Counted from the first letter of the stretch, positions 36,573-50,257 are shown. The stretch is DNA of 64,000 bases from Camelus ferus (GCF_009834535.1 NC_045696.1:114516001-114580000), one strand, 5' to 3'. Numbers and translations are program-made. Notes: generated from the sequence alone by a model not told the origin.

Positions 36573-36880
36573 TGTGCAAGCTTCTAGTTGTAAGATAAAT
36601 GAGTACTACGAATGTAACGTACAACATGATAAATACCATAACCACTGCTGTACGTTATATATGAAAGTTGTTGAGAGAAGATCCTGAGTCTTCACCACAA
36701 GGGAAAACATTTTGTTCTATTTCTTTAATTTTGTATCTATGTGAAATGATGGATGTTCACCAACTTGATTGTAGTAATTATTTCATGATGTATGTGCATC
36801 AAACAATTATGCTGCGCATCTTAAACTTCTACAGGGCTGTAGGTCAATTATATCTCAATAAAATAGGAAGAAAAAAAAAA
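36573..36880 (+). mobile_element. L1 3' end of an older L1MA/MB-type subfamily
   Basis: 'aagataaatgagtact...tcttcaccacaag...atgatggatgtt...tcaattatatctcaataaaa' followed by poly(A). Confidence 0.8.
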
Positions 36881-37000
36881 TTTAAATGTGACGCCTGTAT
36901 AGAATATAAAGGATGCATCATCCTTATGTTGCCATCGCTCACCTGGACTCACGAGTGTTTGCCTGCTTGGGTGGTGACGTGGAGCGTTCACTATGAAACT

Positions 37001-37140
37001 CATAACCAGAAGTTTGTTTTCTATGTCTGTGAGTCTGTTTCTGTTTTGTAAATAAGTTCCTTTGCGTCATTGTTTCGGATTCCACATATAAGTGATAGCA
37101 TATGGTGTTCGTCTTTCTCTGACTTCACTTAGTATGGTCA
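37001..37140 (-). mobile_element. L1 3'UTR fragment
   Basis: 'taaccagaagtttgttttctatgtctgtgagtctgtttctgttttgtaaataagttc...gattccacatataagtgat'. Confidence 0.85.
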
Positions 37141-38568
37141 TTGCCTGTCTTAATTGCCAGGGCTGCTGTCCTATTTCTGTTTCCTAAATTTCCTTTACCC
37201 CTTCTATCTACTGAACTCCCCTCACCGCCCCAGCCAACCCTGCCTTCAGCTCTCAGGACAGAATTACCCTAAGATTTACTTATATGGATCTGGCAAAATT
37301 TAGCTCACTTCTTCCCAAACCTAACAGAATTTCAAAGCCGTTCTTTGGCTGTCTTTTTGCTTAGCTTTTCTATTTACAATTTCAGTTTAACTTTAGAGGG
37401 CTTTAGAAATGCTGATTACATTCTTTATACTTAGCTGGACAGAAGGATGGATAAACTGGCTTATCATTACCACATTATTTTACAGTTATAATAAACACAC
37501 TTAAATTCTAATTTTCAGCCAGTTTGTGAGTCAACCCAAAGATCTTAATGTGCTACTTCAAAGTGTATCATCTGCTTCAAATTAAACCATACATTGGCCT
37601 TCCCCTCTGGTAAATGTACAAAAAGCTATTCAGAGGACTGTAGCCAGGAAAGTTTATTGTGACTCAGCCACAAAAAAAATTATCTACGAGCTTGCACGCT
37701 CAACTTACTTGATTCTCCTTGGTTGACTGAATCCATAGGTGCCCTAAATGACTACCTGAATGAGCACTGAAAATAATCAGAAATTAAATACATATAAAGA
37801 AACTTTTGACTCAATGTGTAAAATCCATGGTAAATCCCTAGAACATAATCGAGTTTACCTACTAAATATTATTGACTATATTTTAGTTGATAATGCTCCT
37901 TGTAAGAAATGGCACATATTTTTATAAGAAGCTAGAAATTCAAAATAATCCAAATGCCACTCTTTCTTTTTGGCAAAGATGGGCTGTCTAACTGAATTCT
38001 GGCAATTGGTTTCAGGGACTTCAAAACTTCACGTTATCTATGGAGTGCTTCATTATTAATGCCCTGATGTAGCTGGTAATGTTTAGTCTAATTGGATCTA
38101 AATAGCCTATTGCAGGAAATTTTCATTTGAGGTGGTTTTTGCAGCCTCAGTGATAATATCTTGAATCACTGAGAGTTTCTCCTAAGACTCTTTGCCAAGA
38201 GATAAACATTGTCAGCTGAATAGATGTATTGGATCATCATGTCTATGATGGGATAGATTCATCCAGTAACTTTACCGGTCATACTGATCCTGAGTTTTCC
38301 TAAGAAGACAGACATTAGAGAGATCTGGTTTATATTAGTTATCCTAATGATGATGATATGTTAGCCCTGACTGGCTGGGAAGGAGGGAAAACGTTGCTAA
38401 CAAATGTATCTACATACATGTGTTCAAGAAACTTCAATACTTTTGATTCTGTCCTATTTGGGCAAGGGAAAAAAGGAGGGCCTGTGGAAAAACTATGACT
38501 GAAACAGGATCACAGTGTCCTACAGCTGACAGTCATTATTTACAAAAAGTGAACTTATGTCTTCCCTT

Positions 38569-38571
<3 letters not shown>

Positions 38572-38623
<52 letters not shown>

Positions 38624-38656
38624 CATCTATCCATCTATCTGTCTATCTAACTATCT
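38572..38656. repeat. (TATC)n tetranucleotide microsatellite
   Basis: About 13 perfect TATC units followed by degenerate units. Confidence 0.95.
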
Positions 38657-39663
38657 GTCATCTTAATGGAGTCTCACTGCAAGACAATCACTGTTCTAAG
38701 TGCTTTGAAATATTAGCTCATGGATAAGGAACATAGTATTCATAACAGGGTAAACTCTGTTTTGTATTTATGACTTTAAAAAAAAGACCAATGTAACATC
38801 ATAAAACAAAACCAAACAAAACCTAGAGTAGTCTCAACATCATGAGTCATGAAAGACAGGCAGACATGAGAGTTTAGACCTGGGCAGAGAGTCCCTTCAA
38901 CCAACCCCAGTCCCTTCAACCCTTGAAATACTCAGGAGGTCCGGCTTTCTGTGTATGAGCATGACACGCTGTGTCCGACAAAGGACTAAACAGCCTCTGG
39001 GGACAGGTGATCGGAAACAGCTAGGGAAGTCAGAGAACGAATGACACTCAAAATTTGCGACTTCGTTATTGATCAAAACATCTTACAGGTGTGATCGAAT
39101 GCACTGGTTATTTTGGGAAGTCCCTCTGGTATTCAACAGAAGTCAATGGACTATCCATCCTTCACTTTTTAAAAAGTGCACCGTGAGTCCCAGTTCCTGA
39201 GGTGCCCTAAAGTTATAGTTAGAACTAGTGATTATTTTATTCTTCCCAGCTCTTTTCTTTCCAATTCTCTGTTGTGGTTTTATTTTCCTCCCTAATCATC
39301 TCCCTTGTTTGCCAACTCCCAAGCCCCTGGGAGGGATGTTTCCTCTTGAATATTATGACTAGAGTGGGAATTATTTGACTGGCATGACCAGCGATCATCT
39401 CAGAGACTAAGATGACGTCATGGTCACTAGGCAGGACCTGGGATTGTCTTAAATATCAATTCATAATCTCACTAACAAATGATTATGAGAGTAATGACCA
39501 GCAATATTGTTTTTCTGCATTCAGATGAGAGTTTTATAAAGTAGTTGTAAAAATCTAAATAACAATAATGAACGTACTTCACAAAGTAAGAATTACAAAA
39601 AGAAAACTGAGTCCCAAAGCAGAATAATCTTATGTACCTAAGACAGTAAATGCATTTCTAGAA

Positions 39664-39831
39664 CAGTGTTGTCCAACAGAACTTTCTGTCATGAGGAAAT
39701 GCTCTATTATCTGGCCATATGTGATTATTGAGAACTTTGGGATTGAAGAACTGTTTTTAATTTTATTTAATTTTAATTAATTTAAATATAGATATAAATG
39801 CCAAGTAGTTGCTGTATTAGACAAGGCAGTT
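39664..39831. mobile_element. MER3-like hAT-Charlie element
   Basis: 'cagtgttgtccaacagaactttctg...gaactgtttttaattttatttaattttaattaatttaaat...gtattagacaaggcag'. Confidence 0.7.
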
Positions 39832-40197
39832 CTACTAATTTCTTTTCTGAAATTTTAAAATCACAATTAATTCTGTATGATGATAAGAAAATTGGAAACT
39901 GAAGAAGCATTTTATATAGTTTATAGTATAGATTACAAATCATCATTTTTTGAATACCATATACAAGTTATAAGAACTATTAGAAGGGCATGTTTGGTTA
40001 AACACACGCATTTCCAAAATTACATTTGATTCCATGCTTTAGTATTTCAAATGTTTTTCCCATTGACATTGCACATTTTTTATTTTTTAAACAATTGATG
40101 TTAGCCAAAAAGGCATAAAATATGATTATGGCAATATTAAAAGACTTTTAATTTGAAGTTTTATTTATGTACTGAAAGAGATCTTAGTTTTAAAAAA

Positions 40198-40468
40198 TAG
40201 TTTTAATGAGATACAATTTATCCACCGTAAAGTTCACATATTCAGTGTATAATTCAATGTTTTTCAGTATGTTAGCAGAGTTGCACAACCATCACCAAAA
40301 GCTACTTTTAGAACATTTTCATCACCTGCAAAAGAAACCTGGTTCCCATCAGCCGTCACTCTTCATTTCCTCCCCAGCCCCTGGCAACCCCTTTCTGTGC
40401 TTAGATCTGCTTGTTCTAGATTTTTGACAAGACTGGGATTATACAATATGTAGTAATGTGTGACTCCT
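40198..40468 (-). mobile_element. L1MB-type 3'-end fragment
   Basis: 'tgagatacaattta...cagagttgcacaaccatcacca...tttagaacattttcatcacc...ccccagcccctggcaacc'. Confidence 0.8.
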
Positions 40469-40890
40469 ACCAGGAAGCTAATTTCTTCACCCCCCAAAAA
40501 ACTATTTCTTTACCTGAAACAAAATAAGTAAATATGATTAAAAATAATAAATTTCATTTATAGGAATGTGCAGGAGATTCTGGAGAAGAGAAAAAAGTCC
40601 AATATATATTCATAGAGAAGTGTAATAATTAACAAAAACCAGCAGCTGGAAATCTAGTCCAAGAAGTATTTATTTCTGCTTCTACTATTCCGTGGCACAA
40701 GAAATCATGTTGGGAAATGTGTCATCTTCCCAAGACCCGGTTTCATTCTGTCTCAGGTTCCCGGTGTAGTCTGCCCTCATTTTCAGTTGTTGCCTGTCCT
40801 CTCATGGGAGTTCAGCAAGATTGCTTGGAACATCCGATGCTGTATAGTCAAGGGAGGATTCCTTACCTTCTTTTCTGGCGGTTTACTCTT

Positions 40891-41005
40891 TTTTTCCCTT
40901 CTTCTTCTCCTTCTCCTTCTTCTTTATGAAGGTACTGAGGACTGAACCCAGGACCTCGTGCGTGCTAAGCACACGCTCTCCCGCTGGGCTGCACCCTCCT
41001 CCCCC
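40891..41005 (-). mobile_element. tRNA-derived SINE (vic-1-like), short form
   Basis: SINE head with a pyrimidine-rich tail; TSD tggcggtttac / tggtggtttac (40876-40886 / 41006-41016). Confidence 0.85.
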
Positions 41006-42641
41006 TGGTGGTTTACCTTTGAGAGGACCACCAAGGCAGCTCTGCTTCTGCCCCGGTGTTTTATCGAAATTTAAGAGTGTGACTTGGTTTAGCTTTTCCC
41101 TTCTGCTTCCTCCTTCCTTCTTGCTTCTCTTCCACCTGCATCCAGATATGAGTACATGAAGGGGGACTGGAGGGCAATGCCTTCTCCACCATCCTGACCT
41201 GCCTGACCAGGATCCCTCCTCTTCTCTGAGGAACGAGGCCGTATTACAGGCACCATCTACCTCTGTATCTGACTCGATCTTCTAGAGTTGCTATTTAGAA
41301 GCCATCCTCTGTCCCTCATGAAAATTGGTTCCTAGCAGATCAGAGTCCCCAGTTTGTTGGAGACGTTCAGGAATTTTGGAACACCAGATACATGTGGATT
41401 AAGTCGAAGCTAGATTGTATATATATATTGCTCTTTGTTGTGCTTTAAGAAGGCTCAGCAGAGAATCTGGGTGGGAATCTGTAGGCGGCTCTGTCTGGCA
41501 GTAGGACCATGTACACATACCTTCCATCATCCAGGTTTTGGCTACCGTGGAACGTTCATGTTTATATAACTAGCTTTTTTCTTACGTTTGGCAGGATCAT
41601 TCCCAGCAATTCAGTAACGCCAAAAAACCATCGTGTTTCTCATATTCAGTAACTTGATTTCTTAAAAACCAGTTTTACAAAGAGAACTAAACGTAGTCAA
41701 ATGCTTGGCTAGAAAGTTCATCTTGAAAAGGGCTGTATGTCAGTGTCAGCAAGACAACTAGTTGGAAAATAAAATATTCTATTAAACAATAAAAGTAAAA
41801 TGTTCGACCGGTTAGGAATATTTGGTGCTGTGTGATCCGAAAAAAAGAGAGGCTGGTTAACTGGTTTCTGCTTACAGAAATGACTGAATTCTGTCCAGTG
41901 AGTTGTTTGTGTGCCCAAAGGTACTCACAACACTATATACACTGAATAAAAAATTGCTCATTCCTGTCACTGACACCGTGAAAAAAGAGAAGACCAAATA
42001 GTTCAGAATTTCTTGAAAAGCTATTTAAGTCAGTATTTTTTTTTAAAAATAAAAGATCCAGTATAAATACAGTCTTATGGAAGAAAAAGAAAATCTCTTC
42101 TTTCAACACCTATGGAATGTGACAGAACTAATTTCTGACTTGCAAGATTTTTAGGCGTTTGGAATATTAGATGTTAGGTTTTATCCACAGCCCTTCAGTT
42201 TTTTGGCTGCTAATCCTTTTGTACCAGCAGATGTGACCAGTATAAAAAAATGACTCTGTTCTGGGGCCAGAGCAAGGCAAAGAGTAACAGCTTTTCTGGG
42301 CTGTGTCGTCATGGGGGAATAAACATGCTGATTTCAGGACAGATACGCTTATTTCTCCTGTTTCAGAAATTTACTATTTTCCAGACTAGCGTGTTATAAG
42401 GATGACCCTACTTTTTCCTTTCACATCCTTTGTCCTGTAATTGTCAAGAATGTATCAGGAGTAGCATTCACAGAGATACTCTTCAGATACATATGCTCAA
42501 GGTGACACGAGATTTAAGCCTTCCCTGAGTTCTTTCGGTTACTTACTTTTTCATTCTACAGACTTGTACTGAGTTTAGATAGACATGGTTGGAAATAGAA
42601 AGAAAATTAGTGAAACAGATGAGAGTAATAATGGATTTTTT

Positions 42642-42803
42642 AAATTTTAATGTTTTTTGTTTTTATTATTATTTTTATTTATTTATGTTTTGGGGGCAGG
42701 GTAATTAGGTTTATTTATTTATTTTTAATGGAGGTACTGGGGATTGAACCCAGGACCTTGTGCATGCTACGCATGCTCCCTACCACTGAGTTATACCCTC
42801 CCC
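42642..42803 (-). mobile_element. tRNA-derived SINE (vic-1-like), long-tail form
   Basis: Perfect 16-bp TSD taataatggatttttt at 42626-42641 and 42804-42819. Confidence 0.92.
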
Positions 42804-44229
42804 TAATAATGGATTTTTTGACATAAAGGCCAACAATGACAAAGGGTTTCTAGACCTTGGAACTATACATCCTTGATCTGAGAGGAAGGACTTCAGGTGT
42901 TTTTAAGAGAATGGTGGTACTTTTGCAGGAGCAGTGGGTCAGTACACAGCCTGAGGCTCTCATACAATCTATAGATTCTGATGTGGATTTTTTTTTTAAC
43001 CCGGTGAATACTCTGCTCTCCCTGTGGCTTTGGGTGAATTCCAGCTAACGGCAAGAATACAGCGTCTTCTGACCCACAATTTCAGGTTTGGGAGGTCACA
43101 TTAGTATCCCAACAGGCAGTGGAGATCAAACAAGACATGCTTGTGTTCTGAAGGAAGGAATTAATGGTCTAGTGGGAGGAGAATCTAGGTAAACGATCAC
43201 AACACGGCATTCTACGTAATAACTGAGAAAGTATGGATTCTGAAGCCAGCCTAGTGAAAAACGCAACGACTTCCGTTTTGGGAGCATAAAAGGCGTCATC
43301 TAATAGGTGACACTTGGCCAGGGTACTGAAGGATGAGTAGGACCCTCCCAAGTAACAAGGAACAGAAAGGGAACAGAGTTGCTGAAATAATACCTTGGGA
43401 GGAAGGTATGCACATAGGCTAAAAAAGCTTTCCATTTTCATAATCCTTTTTGTATTAGACCTTGAAATGTGAGTAAGAGCTGTGTTTGGGTTCTAATTTT
43501 TTTTTTTATGGTATTCTGTAAGTTGATGTATGTGCTGTGCCAAATGGAGTTTGTGCTTAAAATTTTCTCATCCATTAATCTTCAGGTATTTTTCACATTT
43601 TCCATTTGAGTGAGTCCCACTGACCTGGCAAAAGGTTGGTAAGCCAGTGAGAAAACAGCCACAGACTCCCTGAATGACGAGTATTTATAGAAAAGACAGA
43701 GTAATTACTCAGGGAAATCAGGGGGAATGCATGCACTGACTGCCCATCATTTATTAGTTTAGAATAAAACCAAGTATAATCTCTGGATAATGGTGAGAGA
43801 TGCCTTTATAAAGTAAAACCTTTTGCCCCAGTGATGCAAACTTCCACCACCAGGTCCTGGCTTGCGTGCTGAACCACTCCAATTGTGGCTCACTGCCCAA
43901 AACTCAATTTCTATTGTTCACTGTCCTCTAAAGCATGTTCTCTCCGAGACTTAGCTTGTTTTGGCAGAACTTGGCCTTATTGAATTTTGCCTGATTGGCT
44001 GTTCTTTTCGGGTCTGATGAAAGTTTCCTCTTTTCAGCGCCCATTGGTTTCTGCTTCAGGCAAAGAGCTTGCTTGGTTAGCTCACTGTGATTTCCCCTGT
44101 GGGTTCTTCCCCAGTATGTTTCTTTTGTGCAGAAGCCCTTGCAGATAGAAACATGATCTCCTTACCAGATCGCAACAACAGCTCTTGTGAACCGACTAAG
44201 AAAGCAACTCTTTTATAACTCTTACTGTT

Positions 44230-44420
44230 CTAAATGCTTTCCTTGCATCAACTCAGTCATCTTCACAAAAACTGAGGGGGCAAGTATTACTATTATTCCT
44301 GAAGTAGATAAAGAAAAGGAGGCTCAGAGAGAATAAAGAGCTTGCCAACCTCACAGAATGAGTCAGTAGCAGAGTTCTGGTTCCATCCAAGTTGTCTGTG
44401 CTTCCGAACACTGTACTCCA
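44230..44420 (-). mobile_element. MIR fragment
   Basis: 'cttcacaaaaactgagg...tattactattattcc...agataaagaaaaggaggctcagagag...cttgccaacctcacag'. Confidence 0.65.
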
Positions 44421-45279
44421 CCTCTTGTGGATGACAGTCGGAGACTTGATATGAATTAGCCCTCTTGTTACTCATGCCCTCAGTGGAAGTTGGGTACTTT
44501 AATCACAAGTTACTTATGAGAAAGCCTGGGTACATAAAGTTTAGCCCGAGTTACATGTAACTCATAATTGGCTGAGATGTATTTCAATTGCTTGTGCCTC
44601 TAACATCAAATTCCTTGCTCACAATCTGCACTGAGTACCATATGTTTTTTTCTTTTTAATTCTTCTTTTTTTTTTTTTTTTTGGCTACACTGTGATCCAG
44701 AGCTCAGATCCCTGCTCTCTTTTTCTTTCCCCCGTGAATTTATCCTGCCTCATGACTTTGAGTCGCGTCTCTTCTCTGATGATTGCCAGCTCTGACATCT
44801 GCCCTGAGATTCACATCAGTGTATCAGGGGGAGTCAGCAAATGCTTTCTGTGAGATCCGGCTAGTAAACACTTTAAGGTTTGTGGGTCCTGGGGTCTGTT
44901 TCCAATAGCGTGAGCAACTCCAGGGCAGGAATTGGATCTTGTTCCTCGTGGCAGCCCTGGCACCTAGGACAACGCCTGGTAAACTCAGTCTCTGAATTTC
45001 TTTGTTAGATGAATTAATGAATGGATATAAAACATTATCCTTGAAAGGATGAGGCTGAAAGTTGCTTAGGGAAGCCTTTCCTGATGTCCTCCTAAGGCAT
45101 GTTAACTGCTCAGGGCAAGGAGAAGTTTTCTCAAAATTCTGATATCTCCGAAGGAAATGGATTTTCTCTCCCCACCCCTAAATATAATACCTTAAAAATG
45201 ATATAAAAATACAAGTGCTCATCATCACTGTTGGCATGAATGTTGACGTGCATAGCTAATTAGTATAGGATTAGGAACC

Positions 45280-45510
45280 ACACAGAACTGGGGTCAAATA
45301 ACAACCCTGCCCCTTAGTAGTTTGATGATGTGCAAATCATTTAAGCTTCCTCAGCCTCAGTTTTAAAAATGATGTACAAGTTTTATAGCCTCTGTAAAAG
45401 ATGTGTAATTCATAAGTCACACAATAGATCATGACATTATTGTGAATATTAACGTATGTTCAAAACGTAATGTTACACCCTAATAGCTGCTCAGTTAATA
45501 GTAGCTCTTG
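45280..45510 (+). mobile_element. MIR fragment
   Basis: 'gcaaatcatttaagcttcctcagcctcagtttt...ttattgtgaatattaa...gctcagttaatagtagct'. Confidence 0.55.
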
Positions 45511-46508
45511 TTGGTGGAGTCCGCTTGTTTAATCTATTATCCATCGTTCAGGTACAAGAAATGATTAACACTACCAACGCAGTGGCATCAGCCATGAAGC
45601 TACTGTCCAAGTGGTCCCTTTGAATCTAACATCAGGGTGGTCAACATCAACTCAGACCAAAGCCGGATTTCCGGGTCTCTTTTGGAAAGAAGCCAATTCA
45701 GAACATCAGTCTAAGGCACTTTACTGAGTCAGATGCTTTGCAAACAACGGGGTCCAATGAAGAGGGAGCCTCTGCTCTGAGGATCGTGTGGTCTAGTTAA
45801 CAAGATGACATACCAAGAGCATAGAGGACACTGTAAATTCTTCTCAGGTTGTTCTGTTAAAAACAAAGCGACCTATCATCTCAGAGGTTGAAAATAAACT
45901 ATCTAGTAATAGGATCTTTAAAGGCCCCCTTCCTTCTAGAAAACTACCCGTTGTTTTCTTATGTTGAACAGAGAAGGGGATCATGTGGTGCTGAAGAAAG
46001 TATTTCTCCTCTGTGTTCCCAGTACCAAGTGCAGTGCCAGCACATACTACGTGTTCAATAAAATAGGGTGAATGAATAAATGAACGAATAGAAAATGCTC
46101 AGCACAGACCATGGAAGGGATCGAAAATGGAAGTAACATTCATTGGCTCTCTTCTCCCCTCCGTATTACTTGTTTAATTTCATTATCCACAGCTCATTTG
46201 AGGAAAAAGAAAAAGAATTACCATCTCAGCATCCTTACCACAGCATAAAGCCTAGCGAGGTATTGCTGACAGTTTAAGTGGAGTACCTTGCTCAGCCTTA
46301 CCAGGAGCAAACAGTAGCTGAAATAAATGTCTCGTTAGAACCACTGATTGTTAGTTGGCCCAAAGTTTAATTTCGAAGCAACATGATTTCTTTTAGGACC
46401 TAATTCTAAAGGCTAATTCTGTACAAATGAATACTGTTAATTTTAATGTAAAAAAAAAAAATGACTTGGGAATGTAGTTAAAAAGCAAAGTCTGATGCCA
46501 GAGCCTGT

Positions 46509-46660
46509 ATGTAAGTCAGAACCCTCCCTCACACCATACACTGCAATAAACTCAAAATGCCATAAAGACTTAAATGTAAGACAGGACCCCAGAGTCCGCA
46601 TTTCTTACAAACTCCCAGATGATGTCGATTCCGCTGCTTCGTGGACCACGTTTTGAACTT
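46509..46660 (+). mobile_element. Internal L1 ORF2 fragment (46509-46591) fused to the 3' half of a MER5-like element
   Basis: 'agaaccctccctcacaccatacactgcaataaactcaaaatg..taaagacttaaatgtaagac' is L1 ORF2; 'gcatttcttacaaactcccagatgatg...gtggaccacgttttga' is MER5-like. Confidence 0.7.
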
Positions 46661-49353
46661 CAAGGTCTTAGCCATCACCCAGTATATCTCAGGCTCTTCA
46701 CCACTTTCCAGAAATTCACTGCTGGTCGTTTGGGTGTCCCTATCCTCATCTGCACTGATTTCAGAATCAACCCAGGCTGCAGTTTGTGTACGTTAATTAA
46801 CGTTAACGCATTAATTTCTCACGACGTCTCTAAGTCTCCCGAGCTCTTTTTCTTTGAAAAGTGCTACAAAATAAACGCAAACCTCAGGGGGTTCTGCATT
46901 TGAGAAGGGCTTTCGTGCCCTCCTCCATGATATTATATTTTCATGGGGTTTGACCACATCAGTGTCATAATCGCTCATGACAGATCATCATCCTTATGGG
47001 GACAATGAGGGATTCTTTGAAAACAATAGGGGGCCTCACAATTCTTATCAGACCTTGCACAGCCAACTTAGCCACAGAGAGGTGGAATAGAATCCTGTCA
47101 TGTTTTCACATCACATGGAGAATGAGTGTTTCATTAAAAAAAAAGTAAATGAGTGTTATCAAAATGTGGTTGCTACGTCAAGTCTGAGTCTCTGTGCATT
47201 TATAATGCAATTTTCACAGCACTTGCTCTGATGAGTAGTTCTCTGGCTGTAAGCTAGGCAATTTTATCTGCTAAGTTTTCACGGAGTCTTAGAATATGAT
47301 TTAAAACACGTATCTTTTAAAACATCAGCAATTTACAAAAATTTACTTGCGTTTTTAATCAAAATAAATTGTATGTTGTGTTTTCCCCCGTTTTAGTTAC
47401 ACTTCCCTTGGGATTTTCCTTCCCTTTGCAGATACACTGTGGCATTATTGTCAACATTTTGTCGCTTGACAACGTGTTGACATTTTTTAGAAAATAATTC
47501 CATTGCACAATGCCAAGCATTTTCTAATGCTCGAACTAGCCAGTGACATAAAATACTGTCGGGAAAAGCTATTTAACCATTACCTAAAGAGAAATAGAAA
47601 GTTCTCAGGGAAGGACAAGGTCAAGGTGTCTTGAAGAGGATTAATACAGATTTGTGTGTGTGTGACCAACAGTTTTCTTTTATTGTCTAACAATGTTCTC
47701 CCTCAAAAAAAGGATTTCAACAAAGACTTTGTTGCCAGATTTAAGTAGAAAGACAATTAACCTCAGAAAAGGATCCAAAATTTTGGCTTCTTGCAAACCC
47801 AGAAGATCTTGGGTCACTAATGGCCCAAGGGAAAGACAAAAATCTGTTAGAAAATTGCCTGGCCCAACTGTGAACTTGAGTTTAAAGAAACTGGAAGAGA
47901 AAAGGAAGCTTAAAAAAGGCAGCTCGTTCTTAGAATTTCTGTCTTTCTCAGGAGTTATGAGATCTGATCCAAGAAATGTTTAAAGACTGTCATACTTCAG
48001 AAATGAGAGATGTATATAAAGAAATAAGGACATATACTACATGATGTTAAAACAGCCAGTGTTTGTAAAGGTTTATTTTATCTAGGGCATTGAAAAACAA
48101 CACAAAACAAAAAACAAAAATTATGCACTCAGCTTTCTGAGACGAAACAGGAAATATATGAGCAAGTGAGAGTCTGGCTGGCAGGCAAGGCGGGTGGTGT
48201 ATAATTATACTCCAGGTCATACTTGCCAAGAAATAAAATAATTTTTGATAAAATAGCTGTTACACAGACTGGGCTGGGTTGTGCTGCAGAAACCATCTCT
48301 TCTCACTTCGTCTCCCCCTGAGACGGTGGTTCAACATAACACGCAATGTTCTATGGGTATCTGAGTGCCTCTCCAGGGCCATTCTGCTGGAGGTCCGGAT
48401 TCCAGGCTGTTCTGTGACTTTGGCTTCTGCAAACAATACATGCCTACCGGGTGGTGGGGGACAGAGAGGCCGTGGAGAATCTCCCAGCACTTCTCAATGC
48501 TTTCACCTGCACATTACGAAATCATTTCTACCCACGTTTCTTCAGTTGAAGCAAATCATAGGGTACATCTAACTTCAAAGGGCAGGTAAGGACAGCCATC
48601 TCGTGCCGCAGGAACTACCGTTACCTCGAAGTTCTCTGTGTTCAGGTTTCCCCTGATTCGTTCTTTCTCTTCCTTCCCTCGATCCCTTTGTTGGCTAAGC
48701 CTCCTGAACCGCTCACCTAGACCGCTGTTTAACCTCAACCAGAACATTCTCTTCTTCCTCACCTCCTAGCCCTTGTCCATCTCACACACAGTCACAAAAT
48801 AAGTTTCCCTAAACCAGCGAGTTTCCTATTTAACCTCTGCCCCAAGTCATCCATGGTTTTCCCTTCTGGCCCATTTCCCAGTGTGTCAGGACACTGCAGG
48901 GTTGGGACCACATGCAGATCCCACACGTTTGGAGTCATCAGTAGAGAAGCAGACGTCCTAACCCAGCCTCATCCGATGGTGGCCGAGGGAACACAGGGGA
49001 GAAAGATCCAGGAAGCAGCTTAACCTGGGAGAGTCTAGTGGCAGAATCTGGTATCCATCCAGACGTCAGCGGGCACTGAAAGGGCCCAACCAAGAGAGAT
49101 GTGGGTCTCATTTCAGTCAGGCCGACCACAGGCATAAGAATTCGGGCACATGGACAGTCATGCAGGCAGATGTCAGCAGGAAACAGTCCTAAACAGAAAA
49201 CTGGGGTCTAGGAGTAGATTCATCACTGGGCAATGCTGAGGGGCAGGTACCTATGCTGGGACACAGAAGTATGACGAGTCATGAAGATAAGGACTCACAT
49301 TAGAGAAGACAGCTAGGACTTAGAGACAGTCATCTACAAGGTACTGGCTTTTA

Positions 49354-49515
49354 TTTATTTATTTTAAATATATAGTTCTTTTTTACCTTATTTTATTTTT
49401 TTGGTGGGGGAGGTAATTAGGTCTGTTTATTTATTTTTAGAGGAGGCACTGAGGACTAAACCCAGGACCCTGTGTATGCTCAGCATGTGCTCTTCAGTGA
49501 TACCCTTCACCCAGC
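49354..49515 (-). mobile_element. tRNA-derived SINE (vic-1-like), long-tail form
   Basis: Diverged SINE head; TSD actggctttta at 49343-49353 and 49516-49526. Confidence 0.85.
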
Positions 49516-50088
49516 ACTGGCTTTTAAATCTTTCACTGCAATTTCGAGTGAAATATTCAGAACCCCAGTAGATATATTAGATGACAGCAGATGCTCTGGT
49601 TGAAGTCATCATGGTCTCCACCCCACGGTTATCCCCAAAGTAATATCTCAACAACCCTAGGTTTCCCCCAAACAAAACCTATATCAAGTCTTAGTTGAAA
49701 GGAACATGGCAGATGTACAGGTGCCCAAGCTGGGGAGGGAGGGAAAGGCAGAAGGTCAAACGAGTGCTAGCAGCAAGAGCGACTGAGCATGTGGTCCTGA
49801 GGGCCCTGTGTGATGAACCAGCTCAGGCTTGTAAGCCCCACCTGACGGACGCACATTAGACCTGGATCTGGGAGCAGAGGAGCCCACAGGGAGGTGCTGA
49901 GGGACCCTGGATGTGTCTTCTGGTTTCCATGGAAGAGATGTCCCTACAATGATCACAGGCATTTGTTTCTTGGATCCCAGATCCTCATACATGTTCAAGA
50001 ACTTCACTCCTAAAGTTCTCGCACCCTGGCATCATCAGTCTTTCTCTACACAGTCCCATTTTCTGCAGTACGAGCACGTGTCTTGTGA

Positions 50089-50257
50089 CTCTCAAAGTGT
50101 GGTCCCTGGATCAACAGCATCAGTACCAACCGGGATCTTGTAGAAACGCAAATCCTCACATTCCACCCCAGGCCTGTTGAATCAGAAATGCCCAGTAACT
50201 GTGGTTTTTTTTTAAGTAAGTACAGTTAATGTTGATGTAAAAGTCTAAGAACCACTG
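50089..50257. mobile_element. MER5A-like MITE
   Basis: 'ctcaaagtgtggtccctggatcaacagcatcag...cttgtagaaacgcaaatcctca...tgaatcagaaa...aagaaccactg'. Confidence 0.78.

Noticed and set aside
44548..44563. Perfect 16-bp palindrome gagttacatgtaactc
   Set aside because: About one palindrome of this length is expected by chance in 64 kb (64000/4^8), and it sits in MIR-like sequence.
46790..46808. Overlapping palindromes acgttaattaacgt / cgttaacg
   Set aside because: Short (14 bp or less), AT-rich and within chance expectation; no supporting context.
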